DNA of 64,000 nucleotides from Escherichia coli (GTDB lineage Bacteria; Pseudomonadota; Gammaproteobacteria; Enterobacterales; Enterobacteriaceae): NCBI RefSeq assembly GCF_003790525.1, contig NZ_CP033636.1; one strand, 5' to 3'. Shown piece by piece: positions 58,833 to 64,000 of this stretch (position 1 is its first letter; each line of letters starts with the position of its first letter). The notes under the pieces were generated by a model. It saw only the letters and a program-made list of their open reading frames with translations, ran no database searches and was not told where the DNA came from. The position numbers and the translations under genes were made by a program.

Positions 58833-59666
58833 CTATTTCAGCACGGCCAGTATTTCTGTTTCCGTTTTCCGTGTATTCGGCTTACTTCCTACGGATCGGT
58901 AAGCGCTGAGTCTGTGTATGACGAATCCACGCTCTTCATAGAGGCCCAAAGTGAATGATGTCAGGCTATTTGATATCGCAACAGCAGCGCCTTTTCTGTG
59001 AGCGTCAACGAGCATATTTGCTAACAGCACGTGGTCGCTTTGGCTGAACGGTTTACCATCGTAACTGACAAAACTAGTTTTGCTTGTTTTGTCATATGGC
59101 GGATCACAGTAAATCTGATCTCCTTCACCGGTTGCGGCCAGAGTCTCCTCAAAACCAGCGGTGATCAGTTCAATACCTGAAAGACGAAATGAAAGGTAGT
59201 CTATTTTATTGAGGTCAAGCTTCAGTTCTGTATGTTTCCCCCACGGCACTGAATAGATTCTTTCTGAGTTATAGCGGCACATACCGTTATAGCCCAGGCG
59301 ATTCAGGGAGTAAAACAAAGCCGCTCTTTGAAGCGATTGACCAGAAATACAGGTTTTGTTGAAACGGTCCCTCATCTCATAGTAGTCCTTTTCGACAAAG
59401 GTTTTATCCGCCAAGTTTTGGACCTGATTTATAAAGTTAGTTTTCTGTCTTTGAATAGTCCTGTATAGGTTGATCAAGTCTGGATTGCTATCTGCAAGCA
59501 ATGCATTTTGTGCAAACATGTTCAGAAAAACGGCACCACCGCCTATAAAGGGTTCTACCCACCGGCAACTATGATCGTGTGGGTAGTGATGGCTGATGAA
59601 AGGCATCAGTTTCGTTTTTCCACCAGCCCATTTGATTATCGGCATGTGTCTGAGATGTCGAGTCAA
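58833..59666 (-). CDS. dam: Dam-like DNA N6-adenine methyltransferase (orphan; no adjacent restriction gene recognised)
   Basis: ORF track 277 aa; KWAGGK, FIGGGAV (AdoMet binding) and DPPY catalytic motif; true start possibly the second Met (59645). Confidence 0.8.
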   Translation of the reverse strand: MTRHLRHMPIIKWAGGKTKLMPFISHHYPHDHSCRWVEPFIGGGAVFLNMFAQNALLADSNPDLINLYRTIQRQKTNFINQVQNLADKTFVEKDYYEMRDRFNKTCISGQSLQRAALFYSLNRLGYNGMCRYNSERIYSVPWGKHTELKLDLNKIDYLSFRLSGIELITAGFEETLAATGEGDQIYCDPPYDKTSKTSFVSYDGKPFSQSDHVLLANMLVDAHRKGAAVAISNSLTSFTLGLYEERGFVIHRLSAYRSVGSKPNTRKTETEILAVLK

Positions 59667-60014
59667 AGTGTCTATACCTGAGAGAGAAATTTAGGTGCTG
59701 GTATCGTACCTAACCACGGGCTTTAACTAATAACTTAGGGAGCAAAAAAAAGTTGTTTAAGACGCACAGTTTTGACTTTCAGCATTTCGGATTTATAAGA
59801 TTTTTCCTCACTTATACCTGAACTTTATGTTTTGGATTTATGTATTTGTTTATGAAGCGATTTTTATGCCATCACAAGTAATGGGGAGCCACCTTTTTTT
59901 GTAAAAAATCAGAATAGGCTCAAAAAGTACCTTTTTTGCGAAAAATTATGAATTTTTTTTTCGGTAGTATCCCCGCTACGCAGAAAGTAAGCAGAAAAAT
60001 GTAACGGAGCCCCT

Positions 60015-61178
60015 ATGAGTGTTTTACTGACAGAACCTACACAGCAAGCTAATGACAAGGTCTTTAAAACGGCCCATGTTGCCTTTTCAGTAGTTACTGG
60101 CACAGGCCGTTACGTCACTGGGCTTAAACAGTTCCGTGATGCAAACCCTGAACTTTGTACTGAAGTAAGTGACCAGAAAGCATGGGCTATCCACCCTTCA
60201 GTAATTCAGGTCACGCCAGGCTTCAACTCCCGCGAAATGGGAATGGGTGACGATTACTATAAGCTCCCTGAGGTTGAAGAACACATCTACAACATCAAGA
60301 ATGCCTACATTCGAGGTGACTATGTAGACCCTATCCGAGTACGTGTCATTGATGGGGTACCTTTTGTTCGCCAGGGGCACTGCCGTTTAAAAGCCGCAAT
60401 GATGGCATGTGATGAAGATCATGACATCACAATCCTTTGCGTTGAGATTAAAGAAGATGAAATTGGCTGTGAGCTCGCGACCATTGATGGTAACCGTGGT
60501 CTTGCGCTTTCTCCTGTTGCGCTTGGCGAGTCCTATCGTCGCCTACATTCTCTTGCTGGCTGGTCACTCGAACGAATTGCTCAACGTGAAAATAAAAGCC
60601 CGACGACCATCAGTTCTCTTATCCGCCTGACAACCTGTTCTGTTGTTATCAAGAAATGGATTCATGCTGACGCTATTTCGTATGTTAACGTGCTTTCACT
60701 GATCGATGAGCTCGGCGAAACAGAAGCAATTTCACGTATCAAGAAGATGATCGCAGAACTTGAGCAGGCCGATGCGAATGGCATCACGGTGAAAAAAACC
60801 CAACATGGTCAGGTACGAGTCAGACCTTCAGACTTCAAGCCAGCACGGATTCCGCCGGTTATTGCCACAAAAGCCGTAGAAGGCGTCAAACTCATCACCA
60901 CCAGCTTATTACAGAAACTGGGGGATATTGAATTGCCGGAGCTGACAGATTCAAGTGCTGACGAAGAAATCAACATTACGTTGAACCGCAGTACTCTGGA
61001 GATGTTGAGAAATCTTTCAAAAGAGATCACAGAATCAGAGAACAAGCAGCTTCGCCGTGCGGAGAATCGTCAGGCAAAACTTAATGGTGAGAAGCCAAAA
61101 TACCCACGTAAAAAAAATGCTAAGAAGGCAGGGGAAGAGACCGATCAGGATACTGACCCACAGCCGGACGCAGAATAA
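60015..61178 (+). CDS. ParB/Srx-fold N-terminal domain protein, paralog 2, with acidic/basic C-terminal tail
   Basis: ORF track 387 aa; GFNSRE and VRQGHCRLKAA motifs aligning with paralog 1. Confidence 0.6.
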   Translation: MSVLLTEPTQQANDKVFKTAHVAFSVVTGTGRYVTGLKQFRDANPELCTEVSDQKAWAIHPSVIQVTPGFNSREMGMGDDYYKLPEVEEHIYNIKNAYIRGDYVDPIRVRVIDGVPFVRQGHCRLKAAMMACDEDHDITILCVEIKEDEIGCELATIDGNRGLALSPVALGESYRRLHSLAGWSLERIAQRENKSPTTISSLIRLTTCSVVIKKWIHADAISYVNVLSLIDELGETEAISRIKKMIAELEQADANGITVKKTQHGQVRVRPSDFKPARIPPVIATKAVEGVKLITTSLLQKLGDIELPELTDSSADEEINITLNRSTLEMLRNLSKEITESENKQLRRAENRQAKLNGEKPKYPRKKNAKKAGEETDQDTDPQPDAE

Positions 61179-61267
61179 TTTACTTTTGGCAAAGTGCTGG
61201 TTTTGTCAGAGTCATTAAGGATTCAGGCTTTTTGCCCGCCTTTTTTAAACCTCCATGTATCGTTCTT

Positions 61268-61294
61268 GCCCCGTTTATGCGGGGCTTTTTTTTT
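61268..61294 (+). terminator. intrinsic terminator after ParB-like paralog 2
   Basis: GCCCCG-TTTAT-GCGGGGC hairpin followed by T9. Confidence 0.65.
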
Positions 61295-61425
61295 GCTTCT
61301 TTCTATGAGTTGACATCTTTAAGTTTTATTCAGAGACATAAAAAACTTTTTCGTGTCACTGAACCTATTAGGTTACTGAGCGACGTTGCTATCCTGGTAA
61401 AAGTTTTTTCTAAAGGACCGGTAAA

Positions 61426-62958
61426 ATGTCATCTCTTGATTCTGAAGCTAAACCCGATAATGCAGGTCACAGCGTACTGGCTTTAACAACCTCTCATAGC
61501 CTGGTGGTTAGCTCTCCTGAAACATTTCTTCCAGATATGCGCAAAGAGCTCGGCATTATCGCGGATCTTGTTGAGTCCTATAATGATGAACTCTGCTTGT
61601 TGAAACTCATGGCTGTCCAGTTCAAAACCCACAATCACCAGAAACTTTATTCTTATCTCTCAGGCTACAACCACAGCATCTCAGAAGCGGATGCTTTGTT
61701 CGCAGAAAACGCTCTGAGATCAGAATACTGGAAATGCGTTATGGCACTCACTGATGTTTTGCCTATCATGTCGGATGCCAAACGTAACGAATGGGATAAG
61801 CAGTTTACGGCCGACCGTTATATTATGCCGCCTCAGGTGATCCCTGATTTCACAGCTGACGCTGTAGTGGGCACAGTCGTTGCTTTGCTTAATGACCGCA
61901 ATCAATTTATTAAAGAAAGGGTTTACGACGTCTTCCAGTCTCTGAGCCGCAGTCACAAGACAAACAAAGCTTTTGGGTTCTCCACCCGCATGATCACTAC
62001 CGGAGTTTGCGAGCCGTCTAAATACCCCTGGCAGAAATTAAGGGTGGATTTTAAAGAGTCTGGCATTTCACCGCTGAGCGAGCTCCGCGTTATATGCGCA
62101 TTCTTCCGTGGCGAACAGGTGAAGGCGATCCATAACACCAAATCATTGGTTGAGGCGTTGGTCGAACATGAGGGGTTCAGAAAATGGATCTGCATCGATG
62201 GCAACAGTATTCGTTTCAGGGTTTACAAAAATGGATCAATGCATATTGACGTCCACCCTGATATCGCCGAGCGGCTTAACAATATTTTATCAGCTATCGT
62301 ACCGCTGGCATTACCTGCCGACCGTATGGCTCATAGCAAGAAATCTTTGGAGGCATTCCCTGTACTTAAGCAGTGCATCGACTTTGATACCCGGATGCAG
62401 CTTTCTGAACTGATGTTTAAAAATGACGGGGACAATAAATGGAGTTGCTGGACATCTTTAGGGTCTCTCGCCGAACGCAAATCTTCGAGTGTTGCCGCTG
62501 ACACCCTTCGGTTCTTAGGGGCAACAGTAACAAAATACGATGTGACATTTTCCTATGATCCGTGTGAGGTTATTCGTTACATCGGCCAGATAGGGGAGAT
62601 GCCTGATATTGTATCGCATCAGTTTTACCCTTCATCTTGCCGAATCAGCGAATATGTATCTTCCCTGCTTGGTGCAGGGGAAGGGGATACCCTCCTGGAG
62701 CCTAATATTGGCCATGCGGATTTGCTTAAATCATTCCCTGCCGGTGTGATCGTTACTGGCATCGAGCTTGATACTTTGAATTGCCTTATCTCCCGGGCTA
62801 AGGGATACGATACGACAGAAGCTGACTTCCTCACATGGTCTAAGTCTAATCAACAGAAGAAGTTTGATTATGTCGTGATGAACCCACCTTTTGCCGATAA
62901 CCGGGCCAGGCTGCATCTCCAGGCAGCTGCATCTCATCTCGCAGCCGGGGATCTCTAG
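61426..62958 (+). CDS. N6-adenine DNA methyltransferase with N-terminal domain of unknown function; reading frame interrupted, probable continuation to 63116
   Basis: ORF track 510 aa ends right after motifs LEPNIGHADL and VVMNPPF; the adjacent frame from 62946 encodes RGSLAAVLPLSLQGLDNLLGEEF... to a stop at 63114-63116 and has no start of its own. Confidence 0.6.
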   Translation: MSSLDSEAKPDNAGHSVLALTTSHSLVVSSPETFLPDMRKELGIIADLVESYNDELCLLKLMAVQFKTHNHQKLYSYLSGYNHSISEADALFAENALRSEYWKCVMALTDVLPIMSDAKRNEWDKQFTADRYIMPPQVIPDFTADAVVGTVVALLNDRNQFIKERVYDVFQSLSRSHKTNKAFGFSTRMITTGVCEPSKYPWQKLRVDFKESGISPLSELRVICAFFRGEQVKAIHNTKSLVEALVEHEGFRKWICIDGNSIRFRVYKNGSMHIDVHPDIAERLNNILSAIVPLALPADRMAHSKKSLEAFPVLKQCIDFDTRMQLSELMFKNDGDNKWSCWTSLGSLAERKSSSVAADTLRFLGATVTKYDVTFSYDPCEVIRYIGQIGEMPDIVSHQFYPSSCRISEYVSSLLGAGEGDTLLEPNIGHADLLKSFPAGVIVTGIELDTLNCLISRAKGYDTTEADFLTWSKSNQQKKFDYVVMNPPFADNRARLHLQAAASHLAAGDL

Positions 62959-63112
62959 CAGCCGTTCTTCCATTATCTCTTCAGGGGCTCGATAACCTTT
63001 TGGGGGAAGAATTCCGGACGGAATGGATGGACGTTTTTGAGAACGAGTTTGAAAACACGACCGTTTCGGTTCGCATCCTGTACGCCGAACGTATTCAACA
63101 AGAGGAAGTCCT

Positions 63113-63289
63113 ATGAGCAACCAACCCACCAGCCTGCCAGAAGAAGATATTGAGTTTGTTATGGATACCTTTCAGAGGAGCATGGGTAAATCCAAGCCTG
63201 TCAGGGATACTCAACTAGAGGGTGAGAAACCGCAAAGTAAAGAGTCCGCAAACTCAACTGAAAACCCCGGTTATGAAGAATTCTATTAA
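63113..63289 (+). CDS. hypothetical small protein (58 aa)
   Basis: Manual: ATG at 63113 overlaps the TGA of the extended methyltransferase frame (ATGA coupling); below the ORF-track length cut-off. Confidence 0.3.
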   Translation: MSNQPTSLPEEDIEFVMDTFQRSMGKSKPVRDTQLEGEKPQSKESANSTENPGYEEFY

Positions 63290-63337
63290 TTACGCTCATG
63301 ATATCCTGGTGCAGTTATTTAGAATGATATTTGAGGG

Positions 63338-63799
63338 ATGGGGGACATTGTGATTAAAAGGCGTAACATTCGACGATCAGTTTATGGATTGCTTATTGTT
63401 CTTATCGCCGGAAATGTGTGGTTAGGCCTTAGAGCTGATAAAATTCATAAAGTGCGTTATCAGGATTTCTGGTCACCGGCAACTGTGATTAAAGTAACTG
63501 TAATGCCTTCAACGAATGAAACCCAGCTCAGTGGTAAAATCCCTAAATCGGTAAGAGTTTCAAACAATTATGTTGAGTACTCGTTACCGGGCACACTCTC
63601 GGCCAAGACCATTTACCGAAGCGTGTTAGAAGATGAGATGCTCACTTTGCTTAATGCTGGAGGTCAACTTGAAGTTAAATACACTCTGGACAAGCAGACA
63701 AATCGAACTAAGGTATGCACTAAGTGCTTACGGGTGATTAAAGATATTAACCATCAATATTCAGCCACTGAGGTAAAGCATGGGCAGTCCAAAATTTGA
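63338..63799 (+). CDS. hypothetical membrane protein (one TM helix)
   Basis: ORF track 153 aa; hydrophobic helix LLIVLIAGNVWLGL. Confidence 0.45.
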   Translation: MGDIVIKRRNIRRSVYGLLIVLIAGNVWLGLRADKIHKVRYQDFWSPATVIKVTVMPSTNETQLSGKIPKSVRVSNNYVEYSLPGTLSAKTIYRSVLEDEMLTLLNAGGQLEVKYTLDKQTNRTKVCTKCLRVIKDINHQYSATEVKHGQSKI

Positions 63800-64000
63800 A
63801 ATTGCTGAGCAAATTAAAATGTGGATCGTTGTTTATCTAGTTTGCTTTTTAGCACTTTACTGTGTGTTAAGCGCTCTACATGCGCTTTATGATCCGCTAA
63901 ATTTACCAGCCCTGACGTGGCCTATCAGCTGGTTCCTGGTGCCTGAAATGACAAGTTTTGGCAGTGCATTATTAGCTTTTGTCCTAACGCCAGGCCTTTG
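63780..64000 (+). CDS. hypothetical membrane protein (partial; continues beyond window end)
   Basis: Manual: ATG at 63780 with GAGG 7 nt upstream; open to the window edge (MGSPKFEIAEQIKMWIVVYLVCFLALYCVLSAL...), hydrophobic. Confidence 0.35.
   Translation, partial: MGSPKFEIAEQIKMWIVVYLVCFLALYCVLSALHALYDPLNLPALTWPISWFLVPEMTSFGSALLAFVLTPGL

Noticed and set aside
1-64000. Insertion sequences, integrase or other mobile element boundaries
   Set aside because: No transposase- or integrase-like ORF and no terminal inverted repeats bracketing a gene set were recognised.

Overview
The window reads as a segment of a large conjugative plasmid. The gene order resembles what I recall of the Tra2 region of IncHI-group plasmids such as R27, but that is from memory and no search was run. 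All calls rest on manual reading of the ORF track and sequence.

Main content, by position:
- 1-1743: four minus-strand hypothetical genes, including a partial ORF at 1-464 that the ORF track misses.
- 1977-16540: a dense minus-strand operon of 14 genes of unknown function, with a possible unannotated 15th ORF in the 12776-13078 gap. It contains a primase (zinc-ribbon plus Toprim), a CobS/MoxR-like AAA+ ATPase, a CobT-like acidic VWA protein and five tandem ~300-aa paralogs. Most genes are separated by compound GC-rich hairpins. This is my best candidate for an undescribed system.
- 16935-18719: a stand-alone UvrD-like helicase.
- 19800-32376 and 43637-53275: an F-type type IV secretion (mating-pair formation) gene set. 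TraU is recognised by sequence motifs; TraN, TraC, TraB, TraK, TraE, TraL, TraV, TrbC/TraW, a TraF-type peptidase and a pilin are called from features and synteny. A 1434-aa secreted giant protein sits among them.
- 32753-39800: two partition modules (actin-like ParM/ParR and Walker-type ParA/ParB) flanking a four-gene plus-strand operon led by a divergent metallophosphoesterase-like gene.
- 40200-43210: a ~3 kb array of about 13 tandem ~250-bp repeats with higher-order structure, upstream of parA.
- 53741-55430: a Rep-like gene flanked on both sides by iteron-like repeats.
- 55749-64000: two paralogous ParB-like N-domain proteins, an orphan Dam-like methyltransferase, and a second N6-adenine methyltransferase interrupted by a frameshift at a G4 run.

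No rRNA, tRNA, CRISPR array, transposase or integrase was recognised. Gene products marked hypothetical have no motif I can support.
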